14,735 nucleotides of DNA from Candidatus Helarchaeota archaeon (lineage in GTDB: Archaea > Asgardarchaeota > Lokiarchaeia > Helarchaeales > RDOG01). Numbering within the stretch: position 1 is the first letter of the stretch; each line of letters starts with the position of its first letter. The position numbers were made by a program, and so were the translations under genes. The notes below the pieces were generated by a model. The model ran no database searches, was not told where the DNA came from, and saw only the letters and a list, made by a program, of their open reading frames with translations. The stretch spans positions 1 to 14,735 of the forward strand of contig JALGVI010000106.1 in the NCBI GenBank assembly GCA_029838215.1, given 5' to 3'. Shown here in pieces: positions 1 through 7,504 of the stretch.

Positions 1-2187
1 AAAGATAATGCCTGCAGAAATATTTCTTGTCCTCTGATATATGTACGTGTTAATAATAGATGGAATAACGACAAATAACGGTGTCGCCAGTATCAAGGAA
101 GGAAGAAGATCAAGGCCGGGGTTACCAGTCCCAATCGGTTGTCCACCAAATAACATGGCGAGACCCGCTAATGTCCCTGAAAAAACAAGTAACGAGCTCA
201 CTGCGGTGCAAATTAGGTATGAAATCCACTTTTTCTTCCGTGCAATAAATGTCAAGTGCCACTTTTTCAGGAACTTGCTTTCGGGAGAGATCTTCTGATT
301 TACTCTTGATTCGATTTTGGTTTGCATGAGACCGCGGAAGAAAATTTCTTCAAAGATCACGTCGATGCAGACGAAGAAAGTCACGTTAAAGTAACCGAAG
401 TATCCCAAGCTCGGACTCTCTCGAATCCAAAAGGTCGGGAATAACGTGAAAAGACTGACGAGGTTCACCAATCCAATTATTGCCAGTGCCAAAGCACCAA
501 CGGACGCGGATCGCAGGAGTGATTCCGAAGTAAGAGAAATTCCAATGTCGCCAACTGTATCTATCGTTTTAAACTTGTACTTTTCTAGAATGATTAGCAC
601 GAATACCAGGGGTGCAAAGAACATCAATTGGCTGAGCAGTCCAATGATCGTCACGTCGAACAGGATATATGGGACACCGATCATCTGCGGAGTTACGTTC
701 AGCATCCAAGGCAAGACAAATGACGGTAGGCAGGTGAGAATGAAGCCTCCGGCATAGACACCGAGTAGTAATAAAGTTGTCTTGTCGGAATTCGAATTAA
801 TCTTTTCAGGAATTTCAAGATGGAATGCTTGATATTCTTCTCTGGATTTCTTTTTTGGCAGGTATTGCGACACGAGGCTAACCAACGGGACGAGTAACAT
901 CATGCATCCGATTAGTGCAATGATCCAGCCAGCTATCATTACGATTGCAAGCGAGGGAATTGCATCAACCATGCCTGGAATGAGAGTTTTTCGACTTGCT
1001 TCTGAATATTTTTGGTAATAATTTGTAGTGACGTCCCAAGATAAGCCCGATCCGAACCAATTAAGCATTTCTTCCAGCGGGGCAACAAAAGCTCCTTCGA
1101 AAATGTGCTGAGGTGCAGGATAGTTTTTCGGCAAGAAAATCTTTCGCATCGTTCCGTTGTTCCAGTCTCCATCGGATCTTTGCCATGTTTCACTTGTTTG
1201 TAAAGCAGCAGTAATTGTTGCTTGATACGTGGAGGCGGTCGTCGTGTCATTTGCACACGCGTGTGCCATGATTTGAATTTGTGAGGTTGGACTCGTGAAC
1301 TCATCGTTATATCCCGTTATCAAGAGCCAATTTGGTGGTTGGGCGACGACATCCGTGCCATTTACCTTCGTGAAAAGATCCCGATAGGCAATATTCAGAT
1401 CGTATGCATCAGCAGAATAAGAGCCATACGGCGTTCCAATTGCTAAATAAAAGCCAGAAATGGACAACATTCGCCAAGAGGCAGTCAGAAACAATTGTGG
1501 AGGTGCAGTACCTAACATGTCTTCTAATACATCCGAGAAGTTGCTCCAAGTCCATATAGAAACACAGGTTCGTACTCCAGATCCGGGCGTTCCGTTATAA
1601 GGGCGATTAATTCCGAGGTATGTCGTTGTCGTACCGCCGTACGAGTGTCCCGTTGCACCGATTTGAGACGTGTTGATTTTAAAATATTCCGCAGGACTCA
1701 TTCCTGGTGCAAACCAGACTCCTGTTGGGTCAACGAGCCAATCAAACACGCATTCGCCGATGGCTTCCAACTCCGGACCGAGTCGCCACGCTCCCATTGA
1801 ATCACCCTGACCAAAGTGATCCGCCATTATCACCACGAATCCTGCTCGAGCCAATTCATGAGCATAGTGCAGGTGAAATTCTTTCCTCGCAAACATTCCA
1901 TGAAAGAATAATATGGCAGGTCGAGTCTGATCACTGCTGGAATAGTAGACGGGAACCGCAGGTTCGATCACCAAGACCGAAAGACGTCCTCTATCAAAAT
2001 CCAATGCATCAAAATGACCATAACGAGCAATTTGATCTTCCGTGATTTCTAATCGGGTGTACTTGACATCGGACCAAGTCCCGAAGGCCGCCATGGCAAT
2101 CCCAAACACGATGAAGAATATTGCAATTGCCGTGAACGCAATTTTAAAGTTTCTATAATTGATTAACGATTTAACGTCAATTTTCAA
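1..2187 (-). CDS. Membrane-anchored alpha/beta-fold hydrolase fused to a C-terminal multi-pass CPBP (CAAX protease/Abi)-like domain; 3' end truncated by the window edge
   Basis: Hand translation gives 729 uninterrupted codons from TTG at 2187 to base 1. An archaeal-type RBS GGTGA (2197-2193) precedes the start. The N-terminal hydrophobic segment spans aa ~16-36. Hydrolase motifs are ILFFHG (oxyanion loop), ELARAGFVVIMADHFGQG, GHSYG (Ser182), ITGYND (Asp295) and PQH (His361). About 7-8 further TM segments follow, with EEIFFRG (E613/E614/R618) and YQRTRNISAGIIF at the edge. The ORF track omits it because it has no stop in the window. Confidence 0.92.
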   Translation of the reverse strand, partial: MKIDVKSLINYRNFKIAFTAIAIFFIVFGIAMAAFGTWSDVKYTRLEITEDQIARYGHFDALDFDRGRLSVLVIEPAVPVYYSSSDQTRPAILFFHGMFARKEFHLHYAHELARAGFVVIMADHFGQGDSMGAWRLGPELEAIGECVFDWLVDPTGVWFAPGMSPAEYFKINTSQIGATGHSYGGTTTTYLGINRPYNGTPGSGVRTCVSIWTWSNFSDVLEDMLGTAPPQLFLTASWRMLSISGFYLAIGTPYGSYSADAYDLNIAYRDLFTKVNGTDVVAQPPNWLLITGYNDEFTSPTSQIQIMAHACANDTTTASTYQATITAALQTSETWQRSDGDWNNGTMRKIFLPKNYPAPQHIFEGAFVAPLEEMLNWFGSGLSWDVTTNYYQKYSEASRKTLIPGMVDAIPSLAIVMIAGWIIALIGCMMLLVPLVSLVSQYLPKKKSREEYQAFHLEIPEKINSNSDKTTLLLLGVYAGGFILTCLPSFVLPWMLNVTPQMIGVPYILFDVTIIGLLSQLMFFAPLVFVLIILEKYKFKTIDTVGDIGISLTSESLLRSASVGALALAIIGLVNLVSLFTLFPTFWIRESPSLGYFGYFNVTFFVCIDVIFEEIFFRGLMQTKIESRVNQKISPESKFLKKWHLTFIARKKKWISYLICTAVSSLLVFSGTLAGLAMLFGGQPIGTGNPGLDLLPSLILATPLFVVIPSIINTYIYQRTRNISAGIIF

Positions 2188-2192
2188 CCTAA

Positions 2193-2197
2193 TCACC
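2193..2197 (-). promoter_or_regulatory. Shine-Dalgarno site GGTGA for the hydrolase fusion gene
   Basis: The minus strand reads GGTGATTAGG-TTG, with 5 nt between GGTGA and the start codon. Confidence 0.65.
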
Positions 2198-2367
2198 AAT
2201 CCCTGAGAGCAATTCAAATGAAAGTTCACATGTGGATGGTGAGTGAAAGTCAGCTGGTAACTTAATAACAGTTTCTGCCCTTGAAAGTCCGACGAAATCG
2301 CCTTGACTTACATGCGATGATGATCTTAAAAACGTTCACGTCATCAAGAAAAAACGGCTTTCTGCCC

Positions 2368-2562
2368 TTAGAATCGCATCTGCTCGATCAAGATGATCTT
2401 GTTCCTTGGAAACACGGAAGCTCGTAAGTGTTTCGTCAAGCTCGTGTTAAAAGGACGCTTCCAAGATGGTCCGAGATTTAACTCTGCAATTTGTCGGAAT
2501 AATCGGTTTTTTTCCACGTCTGCTTTTGTCAAATTAATGACTTTATAATTCTCTAAATCCAT
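2368..2562 (-). CDS. Small hypothetical protein (64 aa) or gene remnant
   Basis: It is an ATG-started ORF that fills an otherwise empty 500-nt gap and has a protein-like N-terminal half. It has no recognisable motif and no clear RBS. Confidence 0.35.
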   Translation of the reverse strand: MDLENYKVINLTKADVEKNRLFRQIAELNLGPSWKRPFNTSLTKHLRASVFPRNKIILIEQMRF

Positions 2563-2701
2563 GCTTATGAAAGCATGTATACCAACGTATGAACTCGAGT
2601 AAGATCAGAATATTATGAGATCAACGAGAATTTATTAACTTTAACTCGTCTAAGTTTATACCATCAATCATGTTTATTCATGAAGAAAAGAAGGTTTCAT
2701 C

Positions 2702-3829
2702 ATGGCAACCGAACGAGAGGAAATGTTTTCCAAGGACGAATTACTTCGATTGAACATGTGTTCAACCTGCATGAAGATGTGCAAGGACGTCTGTCCAACA
2801 TTATTCGTCACGAGAAATGAATTACACACGCCATATAATCGGAGCTTGTTGATCAATCTTCACGAGAAAAACATCCGCAAGTGTGATGGAGAAGCCCTTG
2901 AAGGCATTTTTTCTTGCTTGTTATGCGAGGCGTGTCAATCTGAATGTCACCCGCAAGTCGATTTTGCGGGGCTTTGTAAGAAAGCCCGAGCGAGTCTTGT
3001 TTCGGAAGGCATGACTTCCACGTTAGAACGCTTGACAGAAATGTTCGAGTATTTTAAAACGACCCATAACCCATTAGGAGAGGACCCAGAAAAAAGGGCA
3101 CAGGAATACGATGATGCACCGAAAAACAATAATGCAGAAATTCTATACTTTGTTGGTTGCATGGCATCGTATCGTGAGCCCGATATTGCACGCGCTACGA
3201 TTAACATCCTGCAAATGTTGCGCAAGGAATTTCAGGTTCTCAAGGCAGATGAGTGGTGTTGTGGATCGCCGATCATTTCCACGGGCAATCAAGAGTTGGC
3301 ACGGGAGGTAAAAGCCCATAACATCCAAAAGTTTCGGGAATCAGGTGCAAGAATCATCACCACGGCCTGTCCCGCCTGCTATAACGTCCTGACAAATGAA
3401 TATGGGGAAGAATTGGGAGAATTGAAAATTACCGTCAAGTACGTGCTTGATTTTTTTCAGGATGAAATGCAAGATCTATCAATGAAACCGCGAGATGACA
3501 AAGTCACGTTTCATGATCCTTGCCATCTCGGTCGGAAAATGGATTATTTTGACGTGCCACGGGCTATTCTGAAAAATATCGACGGTTTGGAGTTTATCGA
3601 GATGGAACGTTCCAAGGAAAAGTCAATGTGTTGTGGATCAGGTGGAGGAGTTCGGCATGATTACCCGGATTTATCGGCTCGCGTGGGGCTCGAACGCTTG
3701 AATGAAGCGGTAAAAATAGGGGCAGACATCCTTCTCACGTCATGTCCTTTATGCAAGAACCAGTTTAGAAAATTAATTGAAGATAAGGAACTGCCGCTAA
3801 AAGTAAAAGATTTAGTTGAATACATCTAA
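2702..3829 (+). CDS. (Fe-S)-binding protein: two ferredoxin-type [4Fe-4S] motifs plus two CCG domains (GlpC/GlcF/HdrD-like)
   Basis: Ferredoxin-like motifs are CSTCMKMCKDVCP and CLLCEACQSEC. CCG-domain motifs are YFVGC, EWCCGSP, TACPACY, FHDPCHLGR, MCCGSGGG and TSCPLC. Confidence 0.95.
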   Translation: MATEREEMFSKDELLRLNMCSTCMKMCKDVCPTLFVTRNELHTPYNRSLLINLHEKNIRKCDGEALEGIFSCLLCEACQSECHPQVDFAGLCKKARASLVSEGMTSTLERLTEMFEYFKTTHNPLGEDPEKRAQEYDDAPKNNNAEILYFVGCMASYREPDIARATINILQMLRKEFQVLKADEWCCGSPIISTGNQELAREVKAHNIQKFRESGARIITTACPACYNVLTNEYGEELGELKITVKYVLDFFQDEMQDLSMKPRDDKVTFHDPCHLGRKMDYFDVPRAILKNIDGLEFIEMERSKEKSMCCGSGGGVRHDYPDLSARVGLERLNEAVKIGADILLTSCPLCKNQFRKLIEDKELPLKVKDLVEYI

Positions 3830-3913
3830 TCGTTCATGGATGAATGAATGACCAGCTCATGCTTCCACATGTAATGAAAAACTATCATAAGTCTGACATT
3901 ATTACAAATAATA

Positions 3914-3929
3914 CGCAAAAGTATATATT
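3914..3929 (+). promoter_or_regulatory. Putative archaeal promoter (BRE + TATA) for the kor-type operon
   Basis: Purine-rich CGCAAAAG is followed directly by TATATATT (3922-3929), about 110 nt upstream of the first operon gene. The predicted TSS would be near 3950. Confidence 0.5.
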
Positions 3930-3947
3930 TTTTCGTTGAGTAACTCT

Positions 3948-3968
3948 ATTAAAAATCCCGTTTTTAAT
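3948..3968. promoter_or_regulatory. Perfect 8-5-8 inverted repeat at the predicted TSS; candidate repressor operator
   Basis: ATTAAAAA-TCCCG-TTTTTAAT. Confidence 0.4.
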
Positions 3969-4037
3969 GAGGACTCTAAATGCATGAGACCTCCTCATTC
4001 TTTAATGGATTAATAATCTTTACAAACGGTGAATGAC

Positions 4038-4289
4038 ATGCCAATTCTTTATAAAGATGAAGAAAAGAAAAAGATGTTACTCTTACAGTTTGAACGCTGT
4101 AAGGGATGTAGCATCTGTATTGAGGCTTGTCCTCGTGGCGTTCTTAAAGAAGGAGATAAGCAGAATCATCGACTTGTTTATCCTCCTATTTACGCGCCTG
4201 AGGGTGATAAAAATTGTACTCTATGTGAGTCATGTATGATTGCGTGTCCTGATTTCGCAATTTACGTCGTGGAGGTTCCTGAAGAATGA
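4038..4289 (+). CDS. korD: 2-oxoacid:ferredoxin oxidoreductase delta subunit (2x[4Fe-4S] ferredoxin)
   Basis: Motifs are CKGCSICIEACP and CTLCESCMIACP. The RBS GGTGA at 4028-4032 favours ATG 4038 over the track's GTG 4029. The stop overlaps the next start (ATGA). Confidence 0.9.
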   Translation: MPILYKDEEKKKMLLLQFERCKGCSICIEACPRGVLKEGDKQNHRLVYPPIYAPEGDKNCTLCESCMIACPDFAIYVVEVPEE

Positions 4290-5482
4290 TCATTGATGAA
4301 GAACGATATGAAAATGCAGTTTTATCGGGAACCCATCTTCTAATGGGTAATCACGCCATGGCAGAGGGCTGCATGGCAGCAGGTTGTGAATTTTTCGCAG
4401 GGTATCCCATCACGCCACAGAGTGAGTGTGCTGAGCGGATGTCAGTCAGGCTTCCAGAAGCTGGAGGCGTCTTCATGCAAATGGAAGATGAAATTGCTTC
4501 TATTGCTGCCATTATCGGTGCAACATTAACTGGAAAACGAGCATTGACTGCAACATCAGGACCTGGTTTTGCATTGATGCAAGAATGCATGAGTTGGGCT
4601 GCTCTTTTAGAACTCCCCATTGTAGTTGGTAATGTTCAGCGTGTAGGGCCCGGAAGCGGAATCGTGTCCCTTCCTCATCACGGAGACATTACCCAGATGC
4701 GACGTGGAGGAAATGGTGATTATGAAGTAATCGTCGTGGCTCCTAACTCTTGCCAAGAACTATTTGATCTTTCTTTCGAGGCGTTTAACATTGCTGATGA
4801 GTGGCGCGTTCCAACAATCATCATGTCTGATGCCTTGCTTGGACACATTCATGAGAAAGTCGTCATCCCACCTGCAGATGAGATGAGAAAGAAAATCCGG
4901 CTGAGAAAGACCTACGGTCCTGGAGAAAAAATCAAGAACGTTTATACCGTGACGAAGGATTTTGAGAACTTTAGCATCCCTCCGTTGCCCATTATCGGAA
5001 CGGAAGCCTTCCCATGGTGGATGCCTTCAGTCACTCATTCCGTGAGAAATGGATTGATCACGGAAGACGCAGATGTCGCATTCGAATGCGTTCGAATCAA
5101 GAGTTACAAGATCTTGAAGAACGAAGCAAAAATCGCAATGGTTGAAAAATATAATCTTGATGATGCAGATGTTGCCATCGTGGCATACGGCATTCCCAGC
5201 CGCACGGCGATAGAGGCCATGAATCGTTGCCGGAAAGAAGGCTTAAAAGTCGGCTTCTTCCGAATGAAAACAGTCTGGCCAATTCCCGTGACAGAGATCA
5301 AGATACTAATGCAACAAGTAAAAGCGATAGTATTCCCCGAAATTAACTTGGGTCAAATCGCGGGAGAAATAGAGCGTTATGCTTGCGAAGGCGGAAAGAA
5401 AGTCCCCGTTCATCTGATTCCACATACCAGTGGGTTACATACGCCTGAACAGATAATAAGCAAGATCAAGGAGGTAATATAA
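4286..5482 (+). CDS. korA: 2-oxoacid:ferredoxin oxidoreductase alpha subunit (KorA/VorA type)
   Basis: Motifs are GNHAMAEG, FFAGYPITP, QMEDEIAS, TATSGPGF, NVQRVGP and EINLGQ. The RBS is GGAGGT at 4271-4276. The symbol is family-level and the substrate is not established. Confidence 0.93.
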   Translation: MIIDEERYENAVLSGTHLLMGNHAMAEGCMAAGCEFFAGYPITPQSECAERMSVRLPEAGGVFMQMEDEIASIAAIIGATLTGKRALTATSGPGFALMQECMSWAALLELPIVVGNVQRVGPGSGIVSLPHHGDITQMRRGGNGDYEVIVVAPNSCQELFDLSFEAFNIADEWRVPTIIMSDALLGHIHEKVVIPPADEMRKKIRLRKTYGPGEKIKNVYTVTKDFENFSIPPLPIIGTEAFPWWMPSVTHSVRNGLITEDADVAFECVRIKSYKILKNEAKIAMVEKYNLDDADVAIVAYGIPSRTAIEAMNRCRKEGLKVGFFRMKTVWPIPVTEIKILMQQVKAIVFPEINLGQIAGEIERYACEGGKKVPVHLIPHTSGLHTPEQIISKIKEVI

Positions 5483-6354
5483 TGAGTTATTTAGCAATTC
5501 CAAAATCTGCTGAAAAACCCGAACATCCTTACGGAAAATATACAAACTCAGGAAAAATGACAGGCGGCATGCCTCTTCATTACTTCTGTCGTGGTTGCGG
5601 ATATGGCGCGATTGGTCAAGCCATTACTCGTGTATTCGTTGATGAAAATATAGATGCAAAGAAATTTCCTTTCGTCGTGAATGTCGGGTGCTATAGTCAG
5701 TTACCTGTAATCCTCCCTGGGGACTGCTTGATGGCACTTCACGGGCGTGGGTTACCCGTTGCAACAGGAATCAAGTTGTCGAATCCTGAATTAAAACCAA
5801 TTTCCATTCACGGAGATGGAGATCTCTTATCCATCGGAACGAACCACTTCGTTCATGCCTGCCGTCGTAATATTGACGTCGTAATAATCTTGCTTAACAA
5901 TAAGGTCTATGGAATGACAGGCGGTCAGGTGGCTCCGACCACGCCTACGACATTCAAGGCAACAACAGCACCTTATGGTTACGAAGAACCACCCATGGAC
6001 TCGGTAAAAGTAGCAATGGCATGTGGTGCATCATATGTTGCTCGATGGACCACGAACACCCTTCGACAGTTCATGAAATCCTTCAAGGAAGCACTCCTTG
6101 AACATAAAGGCGTGTCTTTTATTGAAGTTGTCTCGCAATGCGTCACGTACTTCGGCAGAAAGAATAAAATGGGTGAACCCATCCAGACGTTCAAGTTCAT
6201 AAAAGACAACACAGTGACGATAAAACAAGCAGAAAGCATGTCTGAAGAAGAACTGGTAAACAAGTGGGTAATCGGCGTTCATCGTAGAGAAACTCGACCT
6301 GAACTATCCGACATCAAGTTTGACATGATCAAAAAATACGGAGTGAAGAAATAA
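5482..6354 (+). CDS. korB: 2-oxoacid:ferredoxin oxidoreductase beta subunit (TPP-binding)
   Basis: Motifs are FCRGCG, NVGC, LHGR, the TPP-binding GDGD...NNKVYGMTGGQ, and EVVSQCVT. It has a TAATG overlap with korA and an RBS AGGAGGT at 5469-5475. Confidence 0.95.
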   Translation: MSYLAIPKSAEKPEHPYGKYTNSGKMTGGMPLHYFCRGCGYGAIGQAITRVFVDENIDAKKFPFVVNVGCYSQLPVILPGDCLMALHGRGLPVATGIKLSNPELKPISIHGDGDLLSIGTNHFVHACRRNIDVVIILLNNKVYGMTGGQVAPTTPTTFKATTAPYGYEEPPMDSVKVAMACGASYVARWTTNTLRQFMKSFKEALLEHKGVSFIEVVSQCVTYFGRKNKMGEPIQTFKFIKDNTVTIKQAESMSEEELVNKWVIGVHRRETRPELSDIKFDMIKKYGVKK

Positions 6355-6917
6355 TGCGAAAAGAAATTAAAATCGCAGGATTTGGAGGGCAAGGTGTAAT
6401 CACCCTCTCTAAACTGATTGCAGAAGGCGTGATGAAATACGAAGGAAAAGAGGTCTGTCAAACGGAAGCATATGGTGCCGCTGCCAGAGGTGGAGCCTGC
6501 TGGGCAGAATGCATCGTGAGCGATGACCCGATCGATTATCCCCGCGCTGAAGAGCCAGACTTCATGGTCTTCCTTAGCAGCGAGGCGGCAAGCGCATACA
6601 AGAAAGGAATCAAAAAAGGTGGAACTTTCATTGTTGACCCGTCAACGGTGAAAAAATTCAAGGCACGGAAGAACCGCGTTTTCATGATCCCTGCCACGAA
6701 AATCGCCACGGAAGAACTGAAAATGGGCGTCGTGGCAAACGTGATCATGTTGGGAGCCTTAGCAGCCATCACGGGCGTGCTTTCAAAAGATGCAGCACGA
6801 AAAACCGTGCAAAGCTCTGTCCCTTCGAGATTCCTTGACATCAACTTAAAGGCACTGGAGATCGGTTTCAAGGAAGGAGAAAAAGCACTCGAAGCCGAGA
6901 AAGAAAAAGCCGCATAA
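6354..6917 (+). CDS. korC: 2-oxoacid:ferredoxin oxidoreductase gamma subunit
   Basis: Motifs are EIKIAGFGGQGV, YGAAARGG, IDYP, IPATKIA and ANVIMLGAL. It has a TAATG overlap with korB and an RBS GGAGTGA at 6340-6346. Confidence 0.95.
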   Translation: MRKEIKIAGFGGQGVITLSKLIAEGVMKYEGKEVCQTEAYGAAARGGACWAECIVSDDPIDYPRAEEPDFMVFLSSEAASAYKKGIKKGGTFIVDPSTVKKFKARKNRVFMIPATKIATEELKMGVVANVIMLGALAAITGVLSKDAARKTVQSSVPSRFLDINLKALEIGFKEGEKALEAEKEKAA

Positions 6918-6918
6918 A

Positions 6919-6940
6919 TTCTTATTTTCTTTTTTTTATA
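6919..6940 (+). terminator. Oligo-T archaeal-type terminator after korC
   Basis: The T-rich tract TTCTTATTTTCTTTTTTTTAT follows the stop directly and lies between convergent genes. Confidence 0.55.
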
Positions 6941-6970
6941 TCAATCAAGATTTTTGAATGATTTTATCCT

Positions 6971-7504
6971 TCAGGTATACATATTCTTCGTTTTCTTGTA
7001 CGTGTCAATTTTCTTTATTGATTTTACCAATTTTGGTATGATCTCGTTGTACAAATGAAGAACTCCAAATAGGATGGAATTGAATTCGCTTTCAAAATTC
7101 TCGAAATTGAGTCCAATTCGCGGCAGGTCACATTCAGCATATATGTTTCTCTCTTCGTCAAGCGAGTAAGTCAGTTCAGAATAAAAGAAATTCGCGTAAA
7201 GCAATTGCTCCATCAAATCGTTAAATATCGTATCGGGTTCTTTAGGAATTGACGTGTAAAACAAGATACAACATTTACAGAAAATCCAAATCGGCGTGAT
7301 CACTATGCGAGTTTTTAGATTTATTTGTTCGCCAGAATCAAAATTAACTTGAAGAGGTAAGACAAACGTGAATTTTTCGCGATCTTCATTTATTTGCTTA
7401 AATTGCATCTTTAATAGATAATCACGTATTTGATCATGTGTCTTCAATAACTCGACCTGTACTTTCTCGGAATCCATCTCGCCTTCTTTTTTTTCATCAG
7501 CCAT
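6971..7504 (-). CDS. YbjN-like / type III chaperone-fold domain protein
   Basis: The 177-aa ORF has a helix, then alternating beta strands, then LLYANF...YSLDEERNIYAECDLP...NFENFESEFNSIL. This pattern is typical of YbjN-like proteins and was recognised by eye only. Confidence 0.7.
   Translation of the reverse strand: MADEKKEGEMDSEKVQVELLKTHDQIRDYLLKMQFKQINEDREKFTFVLPLQVNFDSGEQINLKTRIVITPIWIFCKCCILFYTSIPKEPDTIFNDLMEQLLYANFFYSELTYSLDEERNIYAECDLPRIGLNFENFESEFNSILFGVLHLYNEIIPKLVKSIKKIDTYKKTKNMYT

Noticed and set aside
41-2045. Track ORFs 41..298, 446..757, 939..1304 and 1707..2045
   Set aside because: They are shadow or alternate frames of the 1..2187 minus-strand gene, which has clear motifs. 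They show no motifs of their own.
2560-2577. CATGCT-6nt-AGCATG inverted repeat over the small ORF start; also the TTGTAACAA palindrome at 12622-12630
   Set aside because: Arms of 4-6 bp are expected by chance, and I found no second copy in the window.
3836-3851. ATGG-ATGA-ATGA-ATGA micro-repeat
   Set aside because: It is too short and low-complexity to be informative.
2674-6871. Short ORFs overlapping the Fe-S gene and the kor operon (2674..2856, 2947..3225, 3111..3311, 3143..3328, 4033..4239, 4351..4620, 5097..5282, 5104..5301, 5979..6263, 6031..6282, 6279..6461, 6536..6871)
   Set aside because: They are nested in, or almost entirely overlap, well-supported genes, and have no motifs or RBS.
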